A stretch of DNA of 64,000 bases from the human T2T-CHM13v2.0 reference genome, Homo sapiens: NCBI RefSeq assembly GCF_009914755.1, contig NC_060934.1; one strand, given 5' to 3'. Position numbers and translations under genes: made by a program. Shown piece after piece: positions 30,717 through 47,968 of the stretch; position 1 is the stretch's first letter; every line of letters begins with the position of its first letter. Below the pieces are notes generated by a model. The model saw nothing but the letters and a program-made list of their open reading frames with translations. It did no database searches and was not told the DNA's origin.

Positions 30717-31149
30717 CTTGAGGGGTTTTTATGGAGGTTCACAATATATAGGTAAGATTTTGATGACTGATTGAATCATTGGCCACTGGTGACTGAACTC
30801 ACTTTCTAGCTCTTCTTCCCTCCCCAGAGGTTGGGGGATGGGGCTGAAAGTTCCAACCCTCTAATCATGCCTTGGTCTTTTTGGCAACCAGCCCCCATAA
30901 TGAACTATCTAGGGGCCCCCAGTAGTGTGACTTCATTAACATAAACTCAGGCATGGTTGAAAGGGGTCTGTTATGAATAAGAAAACATGCTTCCTATCAC
31001 TGTTGGAAATTCCAAGGAATTTAGAAGCTCTGTGACAGGAACCAGGGACAAAGGCTAAGGAGATATTTCGTATTATACCATAGCAGTGCTATTTACATGG
31101 GAAACAAGATCACCAGGAAATCCTCCCTGAATCTAAACCCCTCACTTGC

Positions 31150-31243
31150 CTAAGAAGCACCAAAGGACACAGGACAAACCTGAGGAGGCTCTCAGCTGGA
31201 ACCAAGCACTATGTAGCAACTGTGTCTCTCAAGAAACTATGAG
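31150..31243 (+). pseudogene. IFIT6P: Exon 1 remnant of the IFIT1B-like pseudogene
   Basis: Aligns by eye with IFIT1B exon 1 (agaagc..ggac.aacct..aggag..tc..agc..gaaccaa.gcacta); ends actATGAG|GTCAAC. Confidence 0.75.
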
Positions 31244-32079
31244 GTCAACCTCTTGGTGCTCCTGGACTTTTGTTTCTAGCATATTTTTAAATTCCTGTAT
31301 TTTTCTAGAATGCAAATTTCCCTGCAGACTCCTCCTAAGAAAGGCAAACTTTCTAACTCTTCTATTATGCTTTCTTACTAAGTTAACAGACACAGACCCA
31401 GAAAGAAAATAAAGTTGTGTTAACAGTAAAAGTCATTGCATTTGTGTCATAATTCTAACCGAATGAAAACATCACAAGCGATGTTCATAGAATTGCAAAC
31501 CAGACAAAACTGACCTGAGGTTTGAGAGGAGCTGAATGAGACAGGATGATGGGAGGAGTGAGTTTTAATCTATTCAGGCTAAGATGGATCACTCAAAGGT
31601 AGGTAGTAAAATAAAAGAATTTTAAAGGTAGCTATGTTCAATTTTTATTTGAAAGCATCAATGCTTGGGGTTTTGTTGTGATGATAACCATTAAAATAAG
31701 ATTTATCTTTTCAACAGATGTTAGGAAATATAAAACCTAACCAAAATTAAGGTATATCTTATTCAAAAGGTACACATTCCTCTTTTCCTGTTTGGTTTTG
31801 TGCTGGTAAGTTGCAGAAAGTATTTTCTTCTCAACATTATACTGACTGACTTGCTAGAATCTTTTCATCTGATATAGTGTCAGGAGAAGGATAACTGAGA
31901 AAAAAAAAGAGGACCCTATTCTCAGATGCATCTTCCACCATTTAAATACCTGTAACTGCCTGCTGCGAAGAGGTCTGCAGGAAGGACAGAGACCACTTTC
32001 TATTAGTTCCTCCATGTGGTGAGAAGATAATCTGGCCGCCTGAGCCACAGTCCCAGGAAGGCCATTAAATGCCCTGCAG

Positions 32080-33206
32080 AATCAAAACCACAGTGAGATA
32101 GCATCTCATCCTGGTTAGAATGGCTACTATCAAAAAAACAAAAATAATGAATGCTGATGAGGATGCAGAGAATGGGGAACCTTATATACTGTTGGTGGGA
32201 ATGTAAATTAGTACAGCCACTATGGAAAACAGTATGACGTTTCCCCCCAAAACTGAAAATGGATTTATTATGTGATCCACTGCTGGATATATATTTTTAA
32301 AAATTGACATCAAGTTATCAAAGCGATATCTGTATTCTCATGTTCATTGGAGCACCATTCACAATAGCCAAGATATAAAAACAAACTAAGTGTCCATCAG
32401 TGGATGAATAAAGAAAATGTAGCTTATAGACACAGTGGAATATTATTCAACTATAAAAAAGAATGAAATCCTGTCATTTGCAACAACATGGATAGAACTG
32501 GAGGTCATTATGTTAAGTGAAATAAGCTAGGCACAGAAAGACAAATATTGCACATTCTCAATCATATGCGGGAACTAAGAACAAAGTGGATCTCATGGAC
32601 ATAGAGAGTGGAATGTTGGTTACCAAAGGCTGGGAAGGGTAGAGGGGAGGGAAGATAAAGAGGGGTTTGTTAATGGGCACAAAAATGTCATTAAATAGAA
32701 GGAATAATTTCTAGTGTTCGATAGTACAGTAGGGTGGCTATAAGTTATTGCATATTTCAAAATAGCTAGAAGAATTGGAATGCTCTCAACACAAAGAAAA
32801 AATAAATTATTGAGATGATGGACATCCCAATTACCCTGATTTGATGATTACACACTGTATAAATGTATCAAAATATCAGTTCTTTCAGTGAATGGAGCAA
32901 AGGAGGATGCCCATCAGCCAGCAGGTGTCAGGGGTTTTCTCAGGTGAGCTGCCCTTTTGTCCATTTTTGGCACTGCTGGAGAGGAGCAGCCCAACCCGTC
33001 CGTGATCTTGGGCCTCTGAGAATAGAGGAAGCTTGATGTGGGCCTCAGTCCAACTTAATCTGGAAAGTCTGCCTAAGGCATATTTTAGAGAGGGAGGACA
33101 CATTTTGGGGCACATATGTTTTATATTGTTGCACCCCAAAATATATATAACTATTATGTCTCAATAAAATAAATAAATTGATGAATTAGTTAATTAAAAA
33201 TAAAAA
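32080..33206 (+). mobile_element. L1MA-type 5'-truncated insertion carrying a foreign inverted insert
   Basis: ORF2 end plus 3'UTR; TSD taaatgccctgcag / taaatgccctgtag. Confidence 0.85.
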
Positions 33207-33647
33207 TAAATGCCCTGTAGGGCAGTATTTGAGGAATAGGATATTGGTGAGAGAGGTTCACTACTAAGAGGTTCCTATTTTTGTTAACTGCATTCCTGGT
33301 CATGAAATCATGTTAATCCTAGTGCTACACATGGGGTTGACCAGGAAACCAGGTTGACCTGCCCAGGGCCTTAGCAGCCAGCCTGCCCAAGAGGCTTTTC
33401 AGCAAAATGCTCAGGTGTGTCCAGAGCCCTCTGACCCGAAGGGCCTCAAGGAGAACCTCTAGATTATGCTGGACTGAAGCCCTCATCAAGCTGCTCCTAT
33501 TCGCAGAGGCTCAAGACCATGGCAAGGTGGGGTGCTCCTCCCAGAAATGCCAAAATTTGACAAAAGGGGAGCTCACATAGGAAAACACGTGTCACCTAAT
33601 GGTTGATGGGCGTCTTCCTCTCACCCATCCACTGAAGGCCTGGATCT

Positions 33648-33660
33648 CCCTCTCTATCTA

Positions 33661-33720
<60 letters not shown>
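33648..33720. repeat. (TC)n(CA)n microsatellite
   Basis: Directly visible. Confidence 0.95.
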
Positions 33721-33721
<1 letters not shown>

Positions 33722-34429
33722 ATGATAATGCCAACCCTAATGCTAATGTCTAAGTTCTATGTTCTGCTTGGTAATTAGCTCACTCTGCCTTGATCTCTTA
33801 TTGCGTTACCTCAGCATTCTCACTATAGTTCTATAACTAGGAATGATTATAACTCTTACTGGGTCATTTTGCAAATGAAGAATTTGGAAATTGAAGTTAA
33901 TTACTTAAACTCACACATGTACTAAGTGGGGCAGAATTGGGTTGTTAACCAGGTTCCCTGACTCTCTGCTTCCTAATCATAAAACATATGAGAATGAACT
34001 ATCTTACTGCCCTTTATTTGCTCAGTTTTTAAAGAAATAGGAACCTGGAGGATTTTAAGTGCCTAGCATCTATTTAGAGAGTAACAACTACTGTTTAATA
34101 ACATTTCACCCCAGAATGTGCCTGTGGCTCACAATCTAGAGAGGAAAAGATGGCCCATGTTGGGGAGGACACACCCATAATCAACACAAAAGAAAAACCT
34201 CTCCTGCTTGTTGCCAAGGCAGCCAAGCATTATTGTTCAGATTATTCATTAGCCAAAGGGGTAAGGGAAGAGAATGAAACCCAGTCTACATTTGGCTCAC
34301 CAAGATAAGTGTCCTGGCAAGGGACACATATACTCACAGAAAAGGGCACTCTTTTCTAATTTACACAAGCACCATAGAGACTAGAAGTGGTACATGTGAG
34401 GCTAAGAGTGATGGTTTAAAAAGAATTGG

Positions 34430-34550
34430 ATTTTTACTAGAGATGGGTTTTCTCCATGTTGGTCAGGCTGGTCTCGAACTCCCAACCTCAGGTGATCCAC
34501 CCGCCTCGGCCTCCCAAGGCATGAGCCAGGCATGAGCCACTGCACCTGGC
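34430..34550 (-). mobile_element. Partial Alu (left arm)
   Basis: ggtcaggctggtctcgaactcc..acctcaggtgatccacccgcctcggcctcccaa. Confidence 0.85.
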
Positions 34551-34631
34551 TCGTTCCCCATCAAACATGGGGATTCCCTAAGATCACAGCAGTCAATCTC
34601 AATGATCTTTCCTGCTTCAATGTTTTCTCTG

Positions 34632-35048
34632 TGTATTAATTTCCTAGGGCTGCCATAACATAGTACCACAAATTGGGTGGCTTAAAACCACAGAAATTTG
34701 TTCTCTCTCAGTTTTGGAGCCCAAGAGCCTAAAATCAAGGTATCAGCAGAGCCATGCGCCCTTTGAAACTCCCCGCAGCATCCTTCCTTGCCTCCTCTTA
34801 GGTGCCATGCTCTCTCTTCACATGGCATCCTTCCTTGTGTTTTTATATCTTCCCTCCGTGTGTGCCTGACTCTGTCTCATTTCCTCTCCTTATGAGGACA
34901 TCAGTCACATTGGGTTAGCGTCCTCCCAATGTGCTCATCTTTGATTATATCTGCAAAGACCCTATTTCTAAATAAGGTCACATTTACAGGTACTGGGAGC
35001 TAGGACTTCAGAGCATCTTTTTGGTGGACACAATTCAACCCTCCAATA
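34632..35048 (-). mobile_element. MLT1 (MaLR) LTR
   Basis: tgtattaatttcctagggctgccataaca..gtaccacaaattgggtggctta ... ggacacaattcaacc. Confidence 0.8.
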
Positions 35049-35663
35049 TGTCATAGATAGGACTGGGCATAAAGGAGTAGTTGGCTCAAAAGCTGCTCCT
35101 AACCAATTCTCTTTTGGCATGTTGATGACTCTAAGAAATAATTCTTTGTAAGAAAAAGGAGAAGACCATGCCTGACACTGAGTTTATTCAGAAAAGTCAC
35201 TTTGCCCACCGTCTTGTTTTAGGGGGAAGAATAAAACTAGAAATGTTTATTTCACTATTTCTGCCTTGGGGAAAGAAGCAGTTGTTTTCAAATCTTAATG
35301 GACCAAGTTGGAAACCTAGAGAAAGGTGAGAAAGAGCTTCTCCTTGCCCCAGGTTCATTTCTCCTGACAGCATTATTGCTTTTTTGATGCATGTCATCTG
35401 CTATGGCATCCTGAGAAACGAAAGTGTCATATAGCATTGAGGAGTTCAAAACCTATCTAACTGCATTAGTTTTCCAACTAATCTAAGTCACTGGCAGATT
35501 TAATCCCTTTCAGCCAGTATTCAAGCAGACAAAATGCATTTGCTGATATCATGATGTTGATAATTTTTAACTAAGGCTTCACAGCCTAGTATGGTTCCTC
35601 CTTAGGATATTGCAGGGACAGCACCAAACACTTGGCAATATGGAATGACGTTGACAATGTTAA

Positions 35664-36058
<395 letters not shown>

Positions 36059-36147
36059 ATTTAACAATGTTTCTACCTATCTTTTCATTAGATAGCATTC
36101 CATTTCCATCAGAAAATCACGCAAATACTTCCTGTTTATTTTCACAG

Positions 36148-37879
<1,732 letters not shown>

Positions 37880-39167
37880 GATGTTAAATGTTATCATATC
37901 TAAATCTAAATATCAGATAAATCTTCCCTGATCGCTGCTTTCAAAAAGGCATGACAGGAAGCAACATAAAACTGTTTGGTGGCACACATCGCATCATCAG
38001 CTCAACTCCCACTTTTTGGCTAATGAACACCTATCCACGTGGTTGTGGCAGCAATATCAGCACTTCTCCTTTATCACTGCACCCCTTTGTCACTCTTGAT
38101 ATGTCTTGTGTTAGGTACCTGGCACCTTCCAGACCAATCAGACTTCTGAGAATTTGCAATTGGAATTGACAACTTCCATTTTCAGTCTACTAGGTCAGCT
38201 GTTCAAAGGAGATTTATATTCAGGGAGTACAGGAAGTCAACTTTTTCATATGGGCAAAGATGTTGACCCACAAGAAGATCTACAAACAAAGCACATGGGC
38301 AGAAAGAGAGAAAAGATTCTTGTGTGCACCACAGTATCTCAGCTCCATTTTCACTTCTTAAGGCCCATCTCTCTCCTATACTTTCAGACTATTGAGATAC
38401 CTTATAATATAAATTATTATAGCTTTATAACAAATCCAATCCTTTGTTTAAGAAAGTTCTCAGTCCTTGAAAGCGAAATAGTTCTAAAGTATTCATATAT
38501 ATGTATACATATAATATATATGTATATATATAGTATATATATAATTAGTCATTCTGACCTAAGGGAAGTTAAGTTGCATCACAAAAAGAGAAAGTGAAAA
38601 AAGTCCCCCTATTTGAGATGCACAAGTAGTGCTAGGTAGTGTGTAATATACTCTTTGCTCTTTCTCTGTATCCAAAAATCTATAGTAAAATTAACCAAGA
38701 TAACAAATTTGTGAGTAGAGTTTTAAATTGTTGCAACCTCTAAGAAGCTGTGAATTTACATGTCTGTGTGGGAAGCAAGAAAACTAAAACTGTCTGTGCA
38801 GAAATAAGAGGCAGAAGAAGCCATAACATCTACCTACAAATAAAAGACACACATCAAGGAAGCATTTAGCCTTCCATGAATTGCACAGAATTGGAGAGTG
38901 TTGACAAATTTCACAGATATTTAAGGGCTGGGAAAGGATATGGAGCCCTTCATGTAGCTGACATGGGTGTAGAATTCCTTTCTAATTTTGGTGAGGAGAT
39001 TTATTAGTTTTATTCAAAAGAACATTACCAGTGCATGGGGTTTCCAAGGAGCTCTCCTGGCCTCTCCTTGAATTCCTTACCTAATACCACTACAGACCTC
39101 TGTGTAGGGGCAGATTTGACTTTCCTTCTGGAACACAGCTAAAGATAAAATCTAAAGACAGAGATCT

Positions 39168-41189
<2,022 letters not shown>

Positions 41190-41678
41190 AAAGACAGAGA
41201 TCTGCTGATTAGAGATTGTAAAGACAACACTTCTCCAATCAGACAGCTCTTAGCTTCTGGCTTCTAGCTCTGTCCTGCAATTGTTTCTAAACCACTTCTT
41301 ATTCTTGTAAACAAGATGGCTATAGTTTCCCATTACTGGCTCATCTAGGCCTATAGAAACCAAAGGACATATTGTTCCTTCTTGGTTAAAAGTTACATAG
41401 AAAATTTACTAGAAGTTAGATGGCATTATTTACAGGGGTTGGCTAACAGGCAAGTTCATTTGCATAAATCTGATCAGGAGAGTCTGAATCTCTTTGTGCT
41501 CCTTCACACCTTCCCCTGGTGCTGGAAACCAAAGCTGGTTTCCCTAGTAACCAGCACCTATTATGTGTGAGAGAACTGTGACTGTGAGTTTTGAGCGTTT
41601 GTGTGTGTATTTGGGTAATTACTGCTGACTGAGGTTTTCAGTACAGCATGAACTTCTTTTGTGCCAGAAACAGAAACT

Positions 41679-41948
41679 ATTTTTTTTTTCCAGAGACAGG
41701 GCCTCACTCTGTCACCAAAGCTGGACTGCAGTAGCATGATCATAGCTCGATGCAGCCTCGAACTCTTGGGTTCAAGCAATCGTTCCACCCCAGCCTTCCA
41801 ATTAGCTAGAACTACAGGTGTGCACCACTATGCCTGGCTGATTTTCTTTTTTTAATTTTTTGTAGAGTTAGGTCTCACTATGCCCAGGCTAGTCTCAAAC
41901 TCCTGGCCTCAAGAAGTCCTCCTGCCTTGGCCTGTCAAAGCTCTGGGA
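41679..41948 (-). mobile_element. Alu (AluJ-like)
   Basis: Reverse dimer; agaaactatt on both flanks. Confidence 0.88.
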
Positions 41949-42719
41949 AGAAACTATTAAAGTTCATTTTGAAATGTCATTGATTGACTCTCTTGACATT
42001 GGGCTGCATATGAGTGCTTTCTATGGGGCACACGACCTGGAGGAAAGGAGGGAAGAATGAAAATAGTGTGGTGAACTTGTGAATTCATATTCCACTAGCA
42101 CAGAGCTATTAAGAAATCTTCCCCAGTGATCCTATTGTAAACTCTGGCTACACTTCTATGTATAATCCATATGCACCACACCTCACAAGCCTTTGGCTAC
42201 ATCACATTTGTGTGTTAGGCCTAAATTATGATAGCTTTAGCCCAAACAGATCAGAATACCAGAAAGGGTCCCCAGCTGTCTCAAGCATTCCAAAGAGGAC
42301 TTCCACAAACATGCTCAGCAGATATTCATCACCTTCTTCCTCTCCAGCCTCTCCACCCACCAACTCTGCTCTCTCTTCTGCTGATGGATTTCATGGGCTT
42401 ACTGCTCTCTTGGGACCATTGTCTTAAGTGGGTTATAGAAAATATATACATATTTAATATTTGCTTTAAAATATACTTATTGAGCTCTCAATGTATGTAA
42501 GATATAAACATGGTGACAAAAAGCAAATTAAAATTAAGATGGTGAGAGAAAAAAGGAATAGCCAGGTCTAACACATCAGGTAAGTTGTCCACTTTTCCTG
42601 CTCTGGCCCTGGCTTGGTGCTAGTTATAACTCAGGTTCAAGTTACTAAGGATGGAGAAAAAAATCTGGAGGAGTCCAAAGTAGACAGAGAAAGACATACC
42701 CCCAGACCATCACTTTAAC

Positions 42720-42780
42720 TACACACAAACATATAAACTTACACACACAAACTCACACACTCACAAACACAAACACAAAA

Positions 42781-42811
<31 letters not shown>
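42720..42811. repeat. Imperfect (CA)n repeat
   Basis: Directly visible. Confidence 0.9.
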
Positions 42812-42814
<3 letters not shown>

Positions 42815-43910
42815 TGGTTAGAAGGCATCCGAATCTGCTCTCCCTGGCTCTGGAACTCTTTGGAGCTGCCAGGTGTCTACCACAGGGATTGGATTATTTA
42901 TATTCATTAAGCTCAATGTCAATCTTTTTCCACGGGCAGTGCTGATTCCATGGCCTTCTCCACAGTCTACGGCAAAGGAAAAACTCCTTAGAATAACTTG
43001 TACACACAACAGAAGCATTCTACTTGTACATTCTTCTTGTACATACAAAAGAAGCATTCACTCCAAGCTCAGGGAAGAGAAACTCAGTCTCCTGCCTTTC
43101 TGGGGCCCCAGAATGTCTCTTAAGTGCCCTTCCAACTAGTGCTTGGTAAATGAGACACTGGGCTGAGGAAACCACTGACCACAGGCCACGTCTTCCCTCT
43201 GCAAGCTTCTAGATTCAGTTGCCAGGATGGGCTCCTGGACTGTGCCTATTCTACTGGACACTGATTAAAAGTCATCTCTGTGCCCTTTCATTTCAGGCAG
43301 CTGGGGAGGGGATGGCAGTGAGCAGCCAAGAAGCGGTCTCTCTCCACCCTGGGAACCAAGCCCCATTGAGCTAAGTTCTGAAAACCGGTATGTTGGAGTT
43401 ATCTTTATCAAGAAACTTCAAAAAGTTCATGAAATAGCTGAAGGAGGAAGATTAATGAAGAGAGTCATAAAAGAATATTCTATGGACAACAGATAATGCT
43501 TTTTAATGAGTTTTTCCTAAATAGAAGTGTTTCCTATATAGAGGTATTTGCGCCCTCTACTGCCTTCAGCTGCTACTTCTCAGCAAATTATCCCCTGAAT
43601 ATAAAGTCTTAGATACTAGCACACAGATCTTTTGAGTTTTTTAAAAAGGAGATTCATCAGTATATATGGATGGAAGGAAAGGCAGAGAGAATGGCATTCC
43701 TAGTCTCCTCTGGAGCAGGAATGCATACTATATTCCCCACATACAGCCAAAGGTCACTGTGCCCAGAAAATGTAGGAAGTTTCTTAATGAACTATATTAA
43801 AGCTATAAAAGCTGCAGCTCAAGAAACTGCTATGTGCTACCGAAGGCAAGTGCTGCTTCCATCAGGTGTGTGGGGGAACCCCCAGCATCTGACACTGCAG
43901 GCTTTTATGT

Positions 43911-44432
43911 AGAGCTGGGTGGTCTGATATGAAGCCACTATGCAGCTATTTCAATTTATATTTAAATTAATTAAAATAAAATCTAAAACTCAGTTCTTCA
44001 GATGCACTAGTTACACTTGCAGTGCTCAATAGTAATATATAGCTAGCGGTGGCACAGATTTAGAATGTTTTCTTTTTTTGTTTGTTTTGTTTTTTTTTTT
44101 CTGAGACAGGATCTGTCTCTGTTGCCCAGGCTGGAGTGCTGCAACACAGTCATGGCTTACTGCAGCCTCAAACACCTGGGCTCAAGCAATCCTGCCGCCT
44201 CAGCCTTCCAACTAACTAGGACTACAGGCTCACACCACCACATCGGGCTAAGTTTTTTTTTTAATTTTATTTTTTGTAGAGACAGGGTCTCTCCATGTTG
44301 CCCAGGCTGGTCTCAAACTCCCAGACTCAAGTGATCTTCCCAATTGGCCTTGGAAAGTGCTGGGATTACAGGTGTGAGCCACCCAACCCACCCTAGAACA
44401 TTTTTAACATTGCAGAAAGTCCTTTTGGAACT
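43911..44432. mobile_element. MER33/MER3-like hAT element interrupted by an Alu
   Basis: atttaaattaattaaaataaaat..aaaactcagttcttcag..gcactag..gtgctcaatag; cattgcagaaagt. Confidence 0.6.
44066..44392 (-). mobile_element. Alu (AluJ-like)
   Basis: Reverse dimer. Confidence 0.9.
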
Positions 44433-44436
44433 AATG

Positions 44437-45021
<585 letters not shown>

Positions 45022-45719
45022 TCACAGAACTCATACAGACAGCCTGGATAAGTTGGTGGGTAAGAGTATCTAATGAAAGACCAGCCACTCCTACATCATG
45101 TGCCACTGCCACTTCATGATCTTAATGCATATGGCTTAAGACATATGGGTTAACAAGGCTAAGCTTGTGGCCTGCTTACAGATGGAGAATCTTGATAATT
45201 CCATGACTCTCCATTTTAGTTCACATCAGAACTACAACTCTTTATTTGCCTTAGGGCTGGAGATCAATAACATGATCCAAAATGTCTTCTATGAGCCTCA
45301 CAAAGTAGTATTTCTTTTCTCTGTGCTTACACAGCATCTAAACTGTACATGTTTTAGTACAATAAAATCAAATATGTTCTAATCTGTCTCTGTCTCCCAC
45401 GAGACAGCAAACCACTAGTGATGGAGGGGAAGAAGAGGCATCTCCATCGTTTTACCAACTGGTGTTCTCAGAATGCCAGGCATAACACAGGTAAGCATTA
45501 CTGGTTTGCTGAACGTTTGAACTGATGAGAAGCCCCTGACAATGAATGCTGCTTTGGAGGCTTGTGAGTACTACTTGTAAAGATCGCCTACCATCTGACC
45601 AGTTATTTTTACCATTGGAACCTTAAACATCCTTGGAATTCTCAGAGCTATAGGAATAACATGGGTGTTGATCTATGTTCTTTTTAGCCCATCTAATTTA
45701 AGATTCTAAATTTTGGTTG

Positions 45720-45932
45720 CATGAATACTATGCAGCCAAAGGACAAGATCGTGTCCTTTGCAGCAACATGGATGGAGCTGGAGGCCATTATCCTAAGTCA
45801 ACTAACATGGAAACAGAAAACAAGATACTGCATGTTCTCACTCACCAGTGGGAGCTAAACACTGAGTACATGTGGACACAAAGAAGGGAACAACACAAAT
45901 ATGGGACCTACTTGAGGGTAGAGAGTAGGAGG
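45720..45932 (+). mobile_element. L1 (L1PB/L1MA-like) fragment
   Basis: gaatactatgcagcc..ctttgcagcaacatggatggagctggaggccattatcctaag. Confidence 0.8.
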
Positions 45933-46911
45933 AAGCCCCTCATAGAGGCCCCTATCACAGAAAACTTCCCGTCTCCGGTGTACTAATTTGGTAGTCAGCT
46001 GGCAGTTTCACCGTTGCACATTCTGTCTTATCTGCTTTTGCAGGATTACCATGACTTGAGATACAAGAACAGGTTTATGGTCCTAGACCAAAGCCTTTCC
46101 CCTAGTGTGTGCAGCCAGCATCATTGCACACTGCAAGAGTAGCCACAGGGACCCTTTGGGGTCAGACCTGCTCACAGACTAGACAGTCTTGGAAGTATTC
46201 TTCCAGTGGGGGAGACAACAGGATTATGATTTTGCCAAACACTTCAGGTTAAAGACCAAAAGTTAACTGAGGAAGTTTTTCATGAACCTCAGGAAGAGAT
46301 AAACATCCAATTCTCTGTTATTTCAAAGCAACCAATGTGTACTGTTTTTATTAAAAGCAAATTAAGCGCTTATCAATCTGTCTCCTGCTACATGACAGGT
46401 CACTTGAGAAGAGGAAACATGCCCTATGTGTCCCAACAGAGTACCTGGCCTGTACCTAATGATAATTCATAGCTTGCTGATTATAGAAATGGACAAGGAG
46501 CTTAGAGCAATGAAGTCTGCCTTGGCAATGCTAACAATATGTTTGGATCGCAGGTTCCTTAAACCTCTGTGGGTTTCCCAGAACCATGGGAATGGCATTG
46601 AACTTCTTTTTTCAGCTCAATGTATAATCCTAAATTTCAATTGCATCTAGAAAACATCTTCACCTCTTCTCATTTCCTTTATAGACATGGACTTTTCAAG
46701 TCCCAAGATACTTCAGACAGTCTAAAAACAACTTGCTTTCCGGGAACCTGAGGACTTTTCCAATAGACATTATAGGATCTATGAAATATCTTGAGTCTAG
46801 TTCAGTGATGTAAATGCTTCCTACAATTTATATAGACAATTCCAGGTGAATGAATATTTGACATGTAAAACAATGAAAGCACAGAAATTCAGTTAGAATT
46901 GGAACACGTGG

Positions 46912-47232
<321 letters not shown>

Positions 47233-47599
47233 TCAGCCAGAAAAGTAAATCAGAGTAGCCCAAAGATAGCCATCAAGACCCCTGAGGTGGTATGAAGATT
47301 ACCAGGACTTTCAGAGCAGAGAAGTTCCTAGTAGCTGAGTATTTTCTCTGTGGACATGATTGGTGCAAGTTTGCAAACATGAGTAGTCTCAAAAGCAAAC
47401 ATCAGACACTCTCTGTAGAGGTCAGTGCACTTTGACCTACATCCTTTCTGGTATTGCATGGATTATTAAGGTGCACAAGGGGAAACCAAAGCATAGAAAA
47501 ATAAAGTTCTAGACTCAGAGCCTCATAGAAAATAGGTATTTATTAGGAATTAGTCTCTGATCCAAAGCATTTGGACCTGAAAGGGATCCAGGGATCATT

Positions 47600-47968
47600 T
47601 GGAAAAGTATCTGTGAAACTTTAATGTACCAACAAATCATCTGGACATGTTAAAAGGCAAGTTCTCATTCAGGAGATCTGTAGAGGGGCCTGATATTCTG
47701 CATTTCTGGGCTTTTAGTAGTTGAGGATGCCACTGTAACAGACCATATCCTGAGTAGCAAAAATCTAGTCTAGTGGTTTTAAACCATGCACAAAAAAATC
47801 ACTTTGGGATTACTTTTTTCAGAAAACTTACTGATAATACTCATGCCTGGGCTTCACTTCCAGAGATTCTGATTGATTGGGCTGGAGATTGGCTCAGGCA
47901 TCTGCATTTTTAAAAGACTTCCAAGGAATTTTACAACCTTGCAGCCCAAGGTTGTAAACCACTGTTCA
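47600..47968. mobile_element. MER5-type fragments
   Basis: aatcatctgg..gttaaaa..ggggcctgatattctgcatttct; cagagattctgatt..ggcatctgcatttttaaaag. Confidence 0.5.

Larger units (their letters stand above)
29369..31083 (-). mobile_element. MER21-family LTR hosting MER41B and MER1A
   Basis: ttataaaggatacaac|taaggaacaaccaaatggaagag..catagggcaaggtatgggg; ends ggaaattccaaggaatttagaagctctgtgacaggaaccagggacaaag..tattatacca. Confidence 0.7.
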
